From a virus, in the IMG/VR virus record IMGVR_UViG_3300008113_011148, positions 3,755-67,754 of that record: a DNA stretch of 64,000 nucleotides; one strand, given 5' to 3'. The notes beneath the pieces were generated by a model. The model made no database searches. It had not been told where the DNA came from and saw only the letters and a list, made by a program, of their open reading frames with translations. This document shows, piece after piece, positions 1-10,086 of this stretch (position 1 is the stretch's first letter; each line of letters begins with the position of its first letter). Both the position numbers and the translations under genes were made by a program.

Positions 1-2
1 GA

Positions 3-563
3 GATGATGAATTTCAAAAATATATTGATGAAGCTTTAAATAAAGACAAAGAAAGTAGAAGAAAAAGATTAGAAATCACAAGACAAGTTCAATCTCAAAA
101 TAATGAACTCATCAAATGGAAAGAGGGAAATGAAAAGATTCAAGAAGAGCTGAAACTTTCATTAGAAAAAACTGAAAAATCTATGTTCGAGGCTCAACAA
201 GCTACTGTAGAGGCTGAATCGGCTAAGGAAGAAGCTGAAAGTGCTAGAATAGAAGCGGAAAAAGCTAAAATTGAGGCTGAAAATGCTAAATTAGCCGCTG
301 AGAATGATTTAGACCTAATACAGAAGAAGACTCAGTTTGAACTGATAGGGACTATAATAAGAGTTGCACTATGGGTTATTTTAGGAGTTGGTATTGTTAC
401 CACTGCTGTTTATCTAATTGCTCTTTTTACAGGAGTTGACACTGCCGTTATAGGATCTACTTGGTCAAATATAATAGGTATTTTACTAACAAACTCATTT
501 AGTATTGTTGGAACAATAATGGGTGTCAAATACGCATCTGAATCAAAAGAAAAAGCCAACTAA
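3..563 (+). CDS. Coiled-coil membrane protein, 5' partial
   Basis: Frame is open from the window start to the stop at 563 (ORF track starts it at 183). Has EA-rich heptad repeats followed by two C-terminal hydrophobic helices. Confidence 0.6.
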   Translation, partial: DDEFQKYIDEALNKDKESRRKRLEITRQVQSQNNELIKWKEGNEKIQEELKLSLEKTEKSMFEAQQATVEAESAKEEAESARIEAEKAKIEAENAKLAAENDLDLIQKKTQFELIGTIIRVALWVILGVGIVTTAVYLIALFTGVDTAVIGSTWSNIIGILLTNSFSIVGTIMGVKYASESKEKAN

Positions 564-576
564 ATTAGTTGGCTTT
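552..576. terminator. Bidirectional intrinsic terminator
   Basis: AAAGCCAACTAA-A-TTAGTTGGCTTT hairpin flanked by A and T runs, between convergent genes. Confidence 0.8.
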
Positions 577-582
577 CTTTTT

Positions 583-858
583 TTAATAATCGTTGTCGTC
601 GTCATAGTCATAATACATATCATCATCTTCATCATCACTCTCATCTTCTCTTTCTAAGTAAGGGAACACATCATTTTCATCAAATGATTCTATAAGTTCA
701 TCAACCTCTTCTTCTTCTAAATCTATATCTACAATTTTGAAAACATCACCATCTAGATCAAATTCGATTTTTCCTTCCTTCTTTAATTCTTTTAATTTCT
801 TTACAATGCCTTTTTTGTCTGTGCATTCATCTAAGCTGTAATAATTGAATAGTGCCAT
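583..858 (-). CDS. Small acidic hypothetical protein
   Basis: 91 aa ORF with a D/E-rich C-terminus. Confidence 0.6.
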   Translation of the reverse strand: MALFNYYSLDECTDKKGIVKKLKELKKEGKIEFDLDGDVFKIVDIDLEEEEVDELIESFDENDVFPYLEREDESDDEDDDMYYDYDDDNDY

Positions 859-866
859 AAGTTTAC

Positions 867-1610
867 TTATTTTTTGTTTAAAATTTTTGCTATCTCTGTT
901 TCTGAAAGTCTTGGTAAGTCTTCTACTACCGGATATTTTGATACTACTCTAAATTTCTCACCATCCTCTAAATAAGAAATATCAAGATAGTAAGACTCAC
1001 ACCTAACCTTCATTATTGAATTTGTTATCTTAATCGGTATAATTTCTGAATCTTTACTTAAGTCATAATTATCTAAATTTTTGATAAAATTCCAATTGTC
1101 ATTGTTATAAAAATGATTTCTTAAAAGTTTTATAAATTTACTTTCTTTTTCAAAAATTTCATTTTTTCTTACACCATGAACATCTTTAAATTTAAAACCA
1201 ATTGTAATGTGAAAGTCAAAATCAGGTAGACCATATCTCTTTCTCACGGCATTTAATTTGTCACTTTGACAAACAATAAAGAAGGACCTATTACCACTCC
1301 TTTCAGCAGTGCCTATACCTTTCATTTTTAAATCATCTATCTCATAACTAAAAATGTAATCTAAAGAATTTACAAACTTATCAATTCCTATTTCTTTAGA
1401 TAAACGATTATACTCACCTACATTAATTACAGTTAGATGATACTTACCTAAATCTCTTGATTTTTGTAAATCCGTAAATTGTTTAAAATCATCTTCTCCA
1501 ATTGAATCTTGAAGTTCGTTCAGAAAGGGTTGAACTATTTCATTTTGAATTTTAAGACCTAAGTAATTATTACCCAATACATCTTTTAAATATTCTACAT
1601 AGTAAATCAT
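867..1610 (-). CDS. 2H phosphoesterase (RNA-repair type)
   Basis: Two HxT motifs (YHLTV, FHITIGF) followed by DVHGVRK. Confidence 0.7.
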   Translation of the reverse strand: MIYYVEYLKDVLGNNYLGLKIQNEIVQPFLNELQDSIGEDDFKQFTDLQKSRDLGKYHLTVINVGEYNRLSKEIGIDKFVNSLDYIFSYEIDDLKMKGIGTAERSGNRSFFIVCQSDKLNAVRKRYGLPDFDFHITIGFKFKDVHGVRKNEIFEKESKFIKLLRNHFYNNDNWNFIKNLDNYDLSKDSEIIPIKITNSIMKVRCESYYLDISYLEDGEKFRVVSKYPVVEDLPRLSETEIAKILNKK

Positions 1611-1640
1611 AATGATTATATATTAAAAAGAAAATAAAGA

Positions 1641-3830
1641 TTATCTTAATAGATTGACATGTCCGTTTATAAGATTGAATCCATCATTATCTTCGTTTCC
1701 AAATCTTATTTTCCAAGTATATATACCACTTTGACAAGGTTTTCCACCATATGTACCATCCCACTTAGCATTGTGATCGAAAGACTCCCAAACAATTTCT
1801 CCCCATCTATTCCAAATTTCTAAATGAAACTCAGCTGGTGAAAACCCAGATGTAAAGACTACCTCAAAAACTTGATTATGCTCATCATCATCTGGTGTAA
1901 AAGAATTAGGTATGTAATAAATTACCTCAGGACAAACTGATATATTAACGGTTGTTGTCTCAATTTCAGAAAAACAACCATTAGATTCTACATAAACAGA
2001 TATGTTACTGATGCCTTCTGAAAAATTAGCTAATAGATTTTGAGATTGTATTGTATCACCATTTAAAATCCAAAAATGATTTGAAGGTTCTTGACTTGAT
2101 GTTACCGAAAGACTAACACTCGCTGAGTCTTCATCACATATTTGAATAAATGCGTTATCTGGATTGATTTCGACTATTTCAGGTTTTGGCGTAACCACAA
2201 TATCTGAAGTTGTTTGAAATTGACAACCTGATAAAGTATAGGAATAAATTACCTGATTGATAGGCAAATTAGTTTGACTCGGACAGAATAAACTGCCGTT
2301 TACACCTAATCCAGAAAATTGACCTCCAGTTGGTATTGCTGACAATTGCTGACAACTCTCATAGATACAAAAAGGACCTATCTGAGTAATTAATGGATTG
2401 ATATCTAGTATAGTTGAAACTATCTGTACAGGCAATCCTAAACAACCATTTTCTACAGGAGTTACTTCAGTAATTACTTGTCCGCTATTTTGTGAAAAGT
2501 CAATAACAATCTGATTAGAACCTTGACCAGATATTATATTACCTGTTGATTGCCAAATATATTGAAAATTAGGATTAACCGAAACAAAAAAAACTTCAGA
2601 GTTTGAACCAACACAAATAGTATCTGGACCTGTAATATTTGAGGTTGTTGGTATAGGTGAATCTATAAGTACAATAGGATTTGTAACTACACTACAGCCT
2701 TGAGCATCCAAAACATTCGCAGTATAGCTTCCTGCACAAAGACCACCAATAGTAGCCCCAATAGTACCAGTAGACCAAGTAATAGTAAATGGTGGAGTGC
2801 CATTTTGTGGTGTTAATGTAGCAGCACCATCACAATCACCATTACAAGATGGATTAGTAATTTGTACTAAAGGTTGTGATAGATTAACAGGACCGGGCTG
2901 AACAAATATAGTGTCAGGTGGCAGCCCTGTCTGTGAATTACAACTTGACCAACCAGCAAAACAAGCTGGGTATTCTAATTTACAAGTGTAATAAGCACCT
3001 GCTTGAGGCGGTGTAACATTAATTGTTAGTCCTGTTCCGATTGCAACTGGATTTCCTACTTGATACCAGGTTGGTGTTGGTGTGATAACAGCACCAGACG
3101 GTACCCATCTTCTCCCATCATTTTGAGCAGTCCATTGTGTTGAGTTTCTTCCAGGAGTTACCACGGCCTGAGTACCATTTGAATTTTGAACACACTGAGT
3201 GGCCGTTCCATTTGCCCAAGCACAGAACTGTTTATTTTGTGTATGAACCTCTATTACATTTGTAGACTCATATAAAACTATATGAAATGTACCAGTAATT
3301 GATGTACAAGAATACATCGGAACATTAATCCAACTTACAACTAATTTACGACAAGGCGCAGTGCCTTGAACTTGATACCTAATTTGACCACCTAATGCTG
3401 GATTCCAATCCTGCCAAACACCCATAACTGAGTTAACAGGAGTAGCATTTGAAGGAACATTAGCGGAAGTATATGTTGTTGGTTGATTTGGTGAAAATGA
3501 TATCCATCCATTACTGCCTATATAAAATTGTGTATAGGAATTGCCATAAAAACAAAAGGTAAATCCAATTTGAAAAGGACCCTGTTGTGAGTCATCTGTC
3601 ATTTGAATTGATGTACCAGTATTTGTTTGATTGACAAAATTAATTTGTGAATTTTGATAAGTTGTGGTTGAATTTGGATTTAATCCAGCACCACATTGAC
3701 TAAGGTCCGCAGTAAGAGTTGTTGAATTTTGTCCACAAGGTAAAAAAATATCAGGACCTATAAATGGGCAATTCTGAGAAAAAAGTGTAGTGGAAAGTAT
3801 TAAAAATAGAATTGAAATAAAATTTCTCAT
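1641..3830 (-). CDS. Secreted adhesin-like protein with SprB repeat, Ig/PKD-like domains and T9SS type B (gliding-motility) C-terminal domain
   Basis: Signal peptide; SprB-like NPSCNG...GTPPFTITWS...DAQGC; C-terminal YIPNSFTPDDD..N..F...IWNRWGE...WDG...G.YTW...GHVNLLR. Confidence 0.8.
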   Translation of the reverse strand: MRNFISILFLILSTTLFSQNCPFIGPDIFLPCGQNSTTLTADLSQCGAGLNPNSTTTYQNSQINFVNQTNTGTSIQMTDDSQQGPFQIGFTFCFYGNSYTQFYIGSNGWISFSPNQPTTYTSANVPSNATPVNSVMGVWQDWNPALGGQIRYQVQGTAPCRKLVVSWINVPMYSCTSITGTFHIVLYESTNVIEVHTQNKQFCAWANGTATQCVQNSNGTQAVVTPGRNSTQWTAQNDGRRWVPSGAVITPTPTWYQVGNPVAIGTGLTINVTPPQAGAYYTCKLEYPACFAGWSSCNSQTGLPPDTIFVQPGPVNLSQPLVQITNPSCNGDCDGAATLTPQNGTPPFTITWSTGTIGATIGGLCAGSYTANVLDAQGCSVVTNPIVLIDSPIPTTSNITGPDTICVGSNSEVFFVSVNPNFQYIWQSTGNIISGQGSNQIVIDFSQNSGQVITEVTPVENGCLGLPVQIVSTILDINPLITQIGPFCIYESCQQLSAIPTGGQFSGLGVNGSLFCPSQTNLPINQVIYSYTLSGCQFQTTSDIVVTPKPEIVEINPDNAFIQICDEDSASVSLSVTSSQEPSNHFWILNGDTIQSQNLLANFSEGISNISVYVESNGCFSEIETTTVNISVCPEVIYYIPNSFTPDDDEHNQVFEVVFTSGFSPAEFHLEIWNRWGEIVWESFDHNAKWDGTYGGKPCQSGIYTWKIRFGNEDNDGFNLINGHVNLLR

Positions 3831-3940
3831 AAATTATATATGTAATTTTTTTTTTTAGTTTTTACGATTTTTTTATAATAGTGATATATAAAATACCAAT
3901 ACTTTAGCATATACGTAAAAAAAATTAACATTGATTGTGT

Positions 3941-5116
3941 TTAGTTGAGCATTTGTTTGAAATTTTCAATTTCAATTCTTTTTATTTCATCACCTAAGGC
4001 TTTTCCTTTGAAACCTTGTGACATCAATTCCTGAGCAGATGTTGTTGGTTTGTATTCTACAAACTTTATTTTTACTGGATCATTTATACCTAACGCTCTA
4101 AACCATTCTAAAATAGTTTTATCTTCTATATGACATTGTAATTTTGATTTATGTAAATCAAATGCAGTATCTGCTGTTAATTCTAAAAGTCTAATTAAAA
4201 AGACAACTTTAGAAGCTATCTGAGAATCTATTCTATATTCTTGCACTAATCTTTTTTCTAAACCATCTGTATTCTCATTTTTAAAAAGGTTGGCAATCAC
4301 AACAACAAAGTCTTTACTATCAACTAATTCAGTATTGATGTTAGATCCTGGAAATACTTCAGACCACATATCAAATTTAGTAAAGAAGTTAAGATAATTT
4401 CTATAGTCTTTTGCTTGTTTCCAAGACTTGCACATTTCTTCCCAAATTCTTTCTTGAGAAATTCTTTTCATTTCACCACTTTCAGGATCAATGTTTTCTA
4501 ATTGTTTTCTTTTTTCAATTGCCTTCTCGGTATCTTTATGTAGTGGGTGTCCATATCTTGAAGCAAAACGGAAAGCTCTTAAAATTCTTAAAGAATCTTC
4601 ATCAAATCTTTCAATCGGATCACCAACCATTTGAGTGACACCTTGCTCTAAATGTTCACGACCACCAGTCAAATCAACTATTTCTTTTTTATCTAAATCG
4701 TAAAAAAGCGCATTATATGTTAAGTCTCTTCGTTTAACATCATCTTCAATAGTAACTCCTAATTTTACTTCAGGGTTTCTACCTTTTGAAACATCTTCTC
4801 TGAATGTAGCAATTTCCATACCCATTGGTTGATCGTTGGTAAATACAACAACAACTCCGAATGCCTTACCCTGTAAATTGGTTTTGTATTTATTTCCTAA
4901 TATTTCTAATACTTCATCTGGAAGTGCATCAGTCGCTAAGTCAAAGTCTTTAGGAGTATCTCCAGTTAAGAAGTCTCTAACGGCTCCTCCAACAACATAT
5001 AGTTTCTTGCCTTTTGATTTGAAAAGTAATTGTAAATCTTTTACAGACTCTGGAATAATATCCCACATATTGTCTGATTTTGATTCTAAAAATTGTTTAT
5101 ATTTTTTTATTTTCAT
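3941..5116 (-). CDS. cca: CCA-adding tRNA nucleotidyltransferase / poly(A) polymerase family
   Basis: VGGAVRD, DFDLAT, RRDLTYNAL, EDSLRILRAFRF and ERIWEE motifs. Extra N-terminal MKIKKYKQFLES tag. Confidence 0.85.
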   Translation of the reverse strand: MKIKKYKQFLESKSDNMWDIIPESVKDLQLLFKSKGKKLYVVGGAVRDFLTGDTPKDFDLATDALPDEVLEILGNKYKTNLQGKAFGVVVVFTNDQPMGMEIATFREDVSKGRNPEVKLGVTIEDDVKRRDLTYNALFYDLDKKEIVDLTGGREHLEQGVTQMVGDPIERFDEDSLRILRAFRFASRYGHPLHKDTEKAIEKRKQLENIDPESGEMKRISQERIWEEMCKSWKQAKDYRNYLNFFTKFDMWSEVFPGSNINTELVDSKDFVVVIANLFKNENTDGLEKRLVQEYRIDSQIASKVVFLIRLLELTADTAFDLHKSKLQCHIEDKTILEWFRALGINDPVKIKFVEYKPTTSAQELMSQGFKGKALGDEIKRIEIENFKQMLN

Positions 5117-5150
5117 ATAGCTATATATTCAGTAAAAGATAATAAAAAGT

Positions 5151-5648
5151 TTAGTATATGACTATACCGAACTCTATAAAATTAGAAGGTGAAACCTCTC
5201 TGAAACTTTTGTTGAGATTGTCTATATTATATTCTAAAATAGAAAATCTTGAATCACCACCACAAGTCCAAAAAAACAATTTTAAAGACTCTTCTCCTAA
5301 ATAAAACTCAAGATGTTTGAGTGTGTTATAAAACCAACTGGTGTTATATTTTCTTGGTTTTAAGAAATCATTTTTTATAAAATTTTTATCAAATTCAAAA
5401 TTTATATAAATTTTAGGTTCGATAGATTTTTTTACCATTGTTGGTAATTTTTTCAATGGAGTTTTAACCAAATTATTAAAATTTAGATCATCGTATGTGA
5501 ATATATCAAACTCCATATCATTTTCTTGAAATTCAATTAGAATATCTTTAATGACTTTACAAGTCGATGTTAAATCTAATTGATTGTTTTCAAAATTAAT
5601 TGAAGTGGATTCGTTAAATTTCTTTAAGTATTTCATAATGTATTTCAT
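5151..5648 (-). CDS. Tagged hypothetical protein, paralog family A (DILxEL-D domain)
   Basis: MKYLKKFNES N-terminus (second Met) and IKDILIEFQEND motif. Confidence 0.6.
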   Translation of the reverse strand: MKYIMKYLKKFNESTSINFENNQLDLTSTCKVIKDILIEFQENDMEFDIFTYDDLNFNNLVKTPLKKLPTMVKKSIEPKIYINFEFDKNFIKNDFLKPRKYNTSWFYNTLKHLEFYLGEESLKLFFWTCGGDSRFSILEYNIDNLNKSFREVSPSNFIEFGIVIY

Positions 5649-5651
5649 AAT

Positions 5652-6929
5652 TTAATCTCTATATAATGAATTTAATCTTGTTATTCTTAACTTATCTATA
5701 AATTCTTCAAACTCTGACAATTCAACTGGTCTTTCATCATGCTCACACCAAGTTTCTAATATATCTTCTTTAAAGTCTTTACCATTAGGTTGTATGTAAT
5801 CGATGTCACCTTCAAAAAGAGCAACTAATAAGTTTCTGAATTTGATTGCTTCCCTTCTATTAGCAAAATAAACTTCACTGAATTCAGACCCCTCAATTGA
5901 TATTACACCCGATGGAGTAAGTGGTAGTTTCACACGATCTTCATCTGTATAATTTTGTGTAGTAAGATTGATATAAATATCTTGTAACCAAATTATACCA
6001 TTCGCTCTATTTGTATAACCTTTAATATCACCACCAGCATACCAATCTAAAACTTCTAAATCTTCTTCTGAAACTGGATGAACTCCAAACATAAATTGTG
6101 GCCAAAGATTATATCTATCAAAATCCATCCATTCTGGTAACAACTCATTTTTGTAATAGTCAGAATTAAAATAAATTTGAATGTAACAGTTTGCAAACCT
6201 TATTTCACTTGCTGATCTACCAGTAAATCTTAATTGAAATTGACCTAACTTTTTTGCTTCTTCTAAAGCCTTTTTGTGTTTAGCTTCTACTTCTCTTTGC
6301 TTAATAGTTTCAGCCCAAGCTTTAAGTTGCTCAGGTCTTTTGATATGACCTAACTTAGACAGTTTATCAGCAGCACTTATATATGTTTGTGGTTTTAATT
6401 CTTCATTAGTTGAAAGATGACCTCTTGTTTTATCTACAACAATTTTATCTTTAGTGAAGGAAATCTCAAATGTGAATTTATTAACTCTATCAAAAGTCAT
6501 TGGATCATAAACTTGTGATTTATTAATTTGAGGTCTTCTTTGGTATTCTTTTTCAATAGACTTCACACCAAATGTTTCCGGATCTGTTGTCCAATGATAA
6601 CCTTTAATTTTCTGGTTAATTGTGAATTCATCTTCTGATTCTTCAAAGTTTTCATCTTCTACACAAGTAAAGTGTTCTATTTCAAATCCTTCAGATTTTA
6701 AATAAGACCAAACTGATTCAATTTGAAGTTTTATATCTCCATAAGTGAATTCTTTAGCCCTACTTACAACAACTTTGACTCTTTCTTTTTGAGAATGATA
6801 ATCTATTTCAGATACTTTAGTCTCAAAATCTTCATCTCTTAAATCAATAAGCAAGTCTTCAATAGTTGATTTCAATTCTGAATTCAATCTAACACCAACA
6901 GCTTCTTCATATCTTTTTAAATACTTCAT
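5652..6929 (-). CDS. Tagged fusion of family A and family B domains
   Basis: MKYLKRYEE; IEDLLIDLRDEDF domain, then internal NEELKPQTYISAADKL domain. Confidence 0.65.
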   Translation of the reverse strand: MKYLKRYEEAVGVRLNSELKSTIEDLLIDLRDEDFETKVSEIDYHSQKERVKVVVSRAKEFTYGDIKLQIESVWSYLKSEGFEIEHFTCVEDENFEESEDEFTINQKIKGYHWTTDPETFGVKSIEKEYQRRPQINKSQVYDPMTFDRVNKFTFEISFTKDKIVVDKTRGHLSTNEELKPQTYISAADKLSKLGHIKRPEQLKAWAETIKQREVEAKHKKALEEAKKLGQFQLRFTGRSASEIRFANCYIQIYFNSDYYKNELLPEWMDFDRYNLWPQFMFGVHPVSEEDLEVLDWYAGGDIKGYTNRANGIIWLQDIYINLTTQNYTDEDRVKLPLTPSGVISIEGSEFSEVYFANRREAIKFRNLLVALFEGDIDYIQPNGKDFKEDILETWCEHDERPVELSEFEEFIDKLRITRLNSLYRD

Positions 6930-6932
6930 CTC

Positions 6933-7793
6933 TTAATCTCTATATAAACCATTTACTGACATTCTCTTAACCGCCTCAATAGCTCCTTTATAAGTATCCT
7001 CTGTAAAAGGATTTTTTGGCCATGTATCTGGATTATTAATATCATATTCATCTTCTCTACCTGGTAAAAACTTATCCATTAGTTTTTCTCTCCAGTCTTC
7101 TTCATCTAAAATAATTACCTCTTTTAATTGTTGAGCAATTGTTCTACCTTTCCAAGTTCCCCAGTTAGCTTTTCCTTCTAATGTATTAGCTAATAAGTTT
7201 CTAAATTTCATAGCTTCTGCTCTTGAATTAAAATGGAATGTAAAACTATCTCTATCTTCAAATCCACCAGCACCTGCCCTACAAAGAGGAACTGCACCTT
7301 TATCACAGAGTGTAAGCCAAAGTCTATTTGTCCAGTATCTATAATCATCTCCCCACATTGAGTTATTTCTAAAATACACTATATCCCCGTCTTCACTTGT
7401 TTCTAACATTCTAAGTGTTTCGTCATCTGAAGGTATAATTGCAAACTCCATAGCAATTCCCATATGCCAATCCATACCCTCATATATCCAATCCCATAAT
7501 TGGTCTTTAAACCAATCAGATTCTAAACACATCTGTAGATAAAATTTACCAGAAAAAACATCTTTCTTATTTGACCCATAACCTCTTGTCATAGTAATAT
7601 CAAATAGACCATACTCTTTATTTTCATCCTGAGCTTGTCTTAACTTTTGAGATTTCTCTCTTAATTCAACTTGAGTCGCATAATCTAATAATTCAGCACC
7701 TCTTCTTTTATGACCCATCTTAGTGAATTTATCACCAGCTGATCTATAAGTAGATGCTTTTAACTCTTCATTAAATCTTTTTAAGTATTTCAT
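6933..7793 (-). CDS. Tagged hypothetical protein, family B
   Basis: MKYLKRFNEELKASTYRSAGDKF..GH..R, and C-terminal NGLYRD. Confidence 0.65.
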   Translation of the reverse strand: MKYLKRFNEELKASTYRSAGDKFTKMGHKRRGAELLDYATQVELREKSQKLRQAQDENKEYGLFDITMTRGYGSNKKDVFSGKFYLQMCLESDWFKDQLWDWIYEGMDWHMGIAMEFAIIPSDDETLRMLETSEDGDIVYFRNNSMWGDDYRYWTNRLWLTLCDKGAVPLCRAGAGGFEDRDSFTFHFNSRAEAMKFRNLLANTLEGKANWGTWKGRTIAQQLKEVIILDEEDWREKLMDKFLPGREDEYDINNPDTWPKNPFTEDTYKGAIEAVKRMSVNGLYRD

Positions 7794-8536
7794 ATCGTTG
7801 AGGAAAGTAAATTTGGAGATATTGTTCTAATGTAGTCAGCTGCATCTTCTAATTTAAATCCATAATCAGAAGAGAATGAATTCTCAGCTAAAATAGTATT
7901 AGTTAATTTTTCATAAAGGTCATCAGCATCAGTATATCCAGATGGATAACCTAATTGTGGATTACTAAATATTTGAATTAGTAAGGTTTTAAATTTATTA
8001 GCAGAAGCTCTATCAGCAAAAGCCACTTTACCATTCATATCTTCATCATAGTCCCAAAGTTCATATTTAGTGAATTTAACTTGATCGTCACTTAAATCAT
8101 ACTTCAATGTAAATATCTTACCCCAGAAGAAACCATTTCCAAAATCATAGTCAGGACAAAGATCCATATATTGATAGATTAAATCTTCAGATGATGGAAT
8201 AAGTCCTAAAAAGAAAGTGATTCCATTTTCAGGTTCATCAGAAAATGCAAGTTCATCAAAGTTAATATCTAAGTGAAAGTCACCAGTAAGTGTATCACCC
8301 TTTCCTGTCCAACTTCTTTTTTCTGGATTTTTTATAGTCATCTTAAATGTTCCAAAAGGAGAATAATCTTGTATGCGGTCTTGCCACTTAATCATTTCTT
8401 CTTTTTTCTCAGTTTCTTTGGCCCAATCTTTAAGAGCATTTGCTCTATCGTGATGACCTAATTTATCTAATTTTCTAGCAGCAGACATATAAGTCTGTGG
8501 TCTTAATTCTTCGTTAAATTTCTTTAAATATTTCAT
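7790..8536 (-). CDS. Tagged hypothetical protein, family B
   Basis: MKYLKKFNEELRPQTYMSAARKL..GH..R, and FADRASANKFK. Confidence 0.65.
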   Translation of the reverse strand: MKYLKKFNEELRPQTYMSAARKLDKLGHHDRANALKDWAKETEKKEEMIKWQDRIQDYSPFGTFKMTIKNPEKRSWTGKGDTLTGDFHLDINFDELAFSDEPENGITFFLGLIPSSEDLIYQYMDLCPDYDFGNGFFWGKIFTLKYDLSDDQVKFTKYELWDYDEDMNGKVAFADRASANKFKTLLIQIFSNPQLGYPSGYTDADDLYEKLTNTILAENSFSSDYGFKLEDAADYIRTISPNLLSSTI

Positions 8537-8544
8537 ACTATTAA

Positions 8545-9363
8545 TTATATTTCTCTAAACCAAGTCGATTGGCTACTTTTATCAATGTCAATTGAAAAAA
8601 GATTATTAACACTTATCTTATTTATTCTATCTTCAAAATCTTCTATGTCGTCAGCTGAAGCATTTACACAACTAAGTAGTTCCATTACCTTTTCTTTGTG
8701 TGGTGATATTAAATCATTTAGTTGTCTTTTGAATTTTAGAGCAGAAGCTCTATCTGAAAATATTCCAAAATATGGATATTCTTTAGCATAATACTTTTTA
8801 ACAGGCTTTGACTTCATAATCAAAACTTCATTTGTCCATTTATACATACCATTTATATCAACTACCGCATCTCCAGTCATTGGCTCTTCAGTATCATAAT
8901 CCCAATTATATTGGTCTAATCCTTCTTCCCAATTACTAAACCAAACTTGAAATGAAAACATCGGTAAATTAGATGTTTTAATTTCTTGCCAGGAGTCATA
9001 TTTATCTTTTGTTTCTTCAGCAGGTTGAAAAGTAAAATTAAAAGTCACACAAAGTGGTTGATTACCAGCTGCCCAATATTCAACCATCTGTTCTGCTGAG
9101 TAATCAAAGGTCTTTAGTTCTGAAGAATTTGGTCTACCAAAATAACAATCACATTTTGGATTAGTAAATTTAGCCGATTGAGCAATAACATTTGTGGTAT
9201 TAGCCCAATGTATATTGTAAAAACCATACTGCTTCTCTAATCCATAGTCAATAAGAGGAGTTGCCCTTTTTTTACCACCACCTGGTAGCTGTCTTAATCT
9301 GTAACCAGCTTGTATATAGGTATTTGGTTTAAGCTCTTCGTTGAATCTTTTAATATACTTCAT
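8545..9363 (-). CDS. Tagged hypothetical protein, family B
   Basis: MKYIKRFNEELKPNTY, and FSDRASALKFK. Confidence 0.65.
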   Translation of the reverse strand: MKYIKRFNEELKPNTYIQAGYRLRQLPGGGKKRATPLIDYGLEKQYGFYNIHWANTTNVIAQSAKFTNPKCDCYFGRPNSSELKTFDYSAEQMVEYWAAGNQPLCVTFNFTFQPAEETKDKYDSWQEIKTSNLPMFSFQVWFSNWEEGLDQYNWDYDTEEPMTGDAVVDINGMYKWTNEVLIMKSKPVKKYYAKEYPYFGIFSDRASALKFKRQLNDLISPHKEKVMELLSCVNASADDIEDFEDRINKISVNNLFSIDIDKSSQSTWFREI

Positions 9364-9369
9364 ACTTTT

Positions 9370-9393
9370 TATATATTAAGTTTTTAATATATA
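9370..9393. promoter_or_regulatory. Back-to-back divergent TAATATATA motifs (putative late promoters)
   Basis: TATATATTA at 9370-9378 (minus) and TAATATATA at 9385-9393 (plus), 6 and 4 nt from the respective ATGs. Confidence 0.6.
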
Positions 9394-9397
9394 ATTT

Positions 9398-9820
9398 ATG
9401 AAATGGATTAAATTATTCAATAAAATGAATGAGAATAATAGTGTTTTCTATAACAAAACCTCTGAGTTTATAATCAAAAGTTTACCTAAAGTCAAAGATG
9501 GTTATATCAGATTATGGAGAGGAAATAGACCAAATGAAGTGGGTATAAATCCAAGTTATACTTCATCTTTAGAAGGAATAGCTTTACCATTTGTCTATGG
9601 ATATGATGGAGTTTTGTCTTATATAGATTTACCAATTAGTGACATATCAAACTATGAAGTTTCTGGTGGAGTTGATGGTGAAGAATTTATAATACCAAAT
9701 TCTTTATTAAAAAATGTTGTTGTTGTTGATAAAATTCTATATAAAAAAAATTTACCAGATACATTATCAGTAGGTAATATATCATCATTTGATGATTTTG
9801 CTGATAATTTTCTTAAATAA
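9398..9820 (+). CDS. Putative ADP-ribosyltransferase-fold protein (R-S-E type)
   Basis: LWRG ... SYTSS ... GEEFII spacing. N-terminal MKWIKLFNKMNEN tag. Confidence 0.45.
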   Translation: MKWIKLFNKMNENNSVFYNKTSEFIIKSLPKVKDGYIRLWRGNRPNEVGINPSYTSSLEGIALPFVYGYDGVLSYIDLPISDISNYEVSGGVDGEEFIIPNSLLKNVVVVDKILYKKNLPDTLSVGNISSFDDFADNFLK

Positions 9821-9831
9821 ATATTTGAAGT

Positions 9832-10086
9832 ATGAGACGAATCAAACTATTTGAAGATTTCAAGCAAAATAATGAAGAAGGAACTCTTATCACAATCGAT
9901 GATATAATCAAATGTATTAAGAAAAGAGGAGTTATTTATTCTACAATTGTTAAAGAGTATCCAGATAATGATCCGAAAGATCCAATCACTCCAGTTGATA
10001 TAGATGAAGATGGTTTAATCACAGTTGATATAGACGGTAGAGAATACTATGTTGATTTAGATGATGTTGAGAAAATCGAATACTAA
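9832..10086 (+). CDS. Small tagged hypothetical protein
   Basis: MRRIKLFEDF N-terminus. Confidence 0.6.
   Translation: MRRIKLFEDFKQNNEEGTLITIDDIIKCIKKRGVIYSTIVKEYPDNDPKDPITPVDIDEDGLITVDIDGREYYVDLDDVEKIEY

Noticed and set aside
183-310. GAGGCTGAA-type short nucleotide repeats
   Set aside because: Explained by EA-rich coiled-coil coding.
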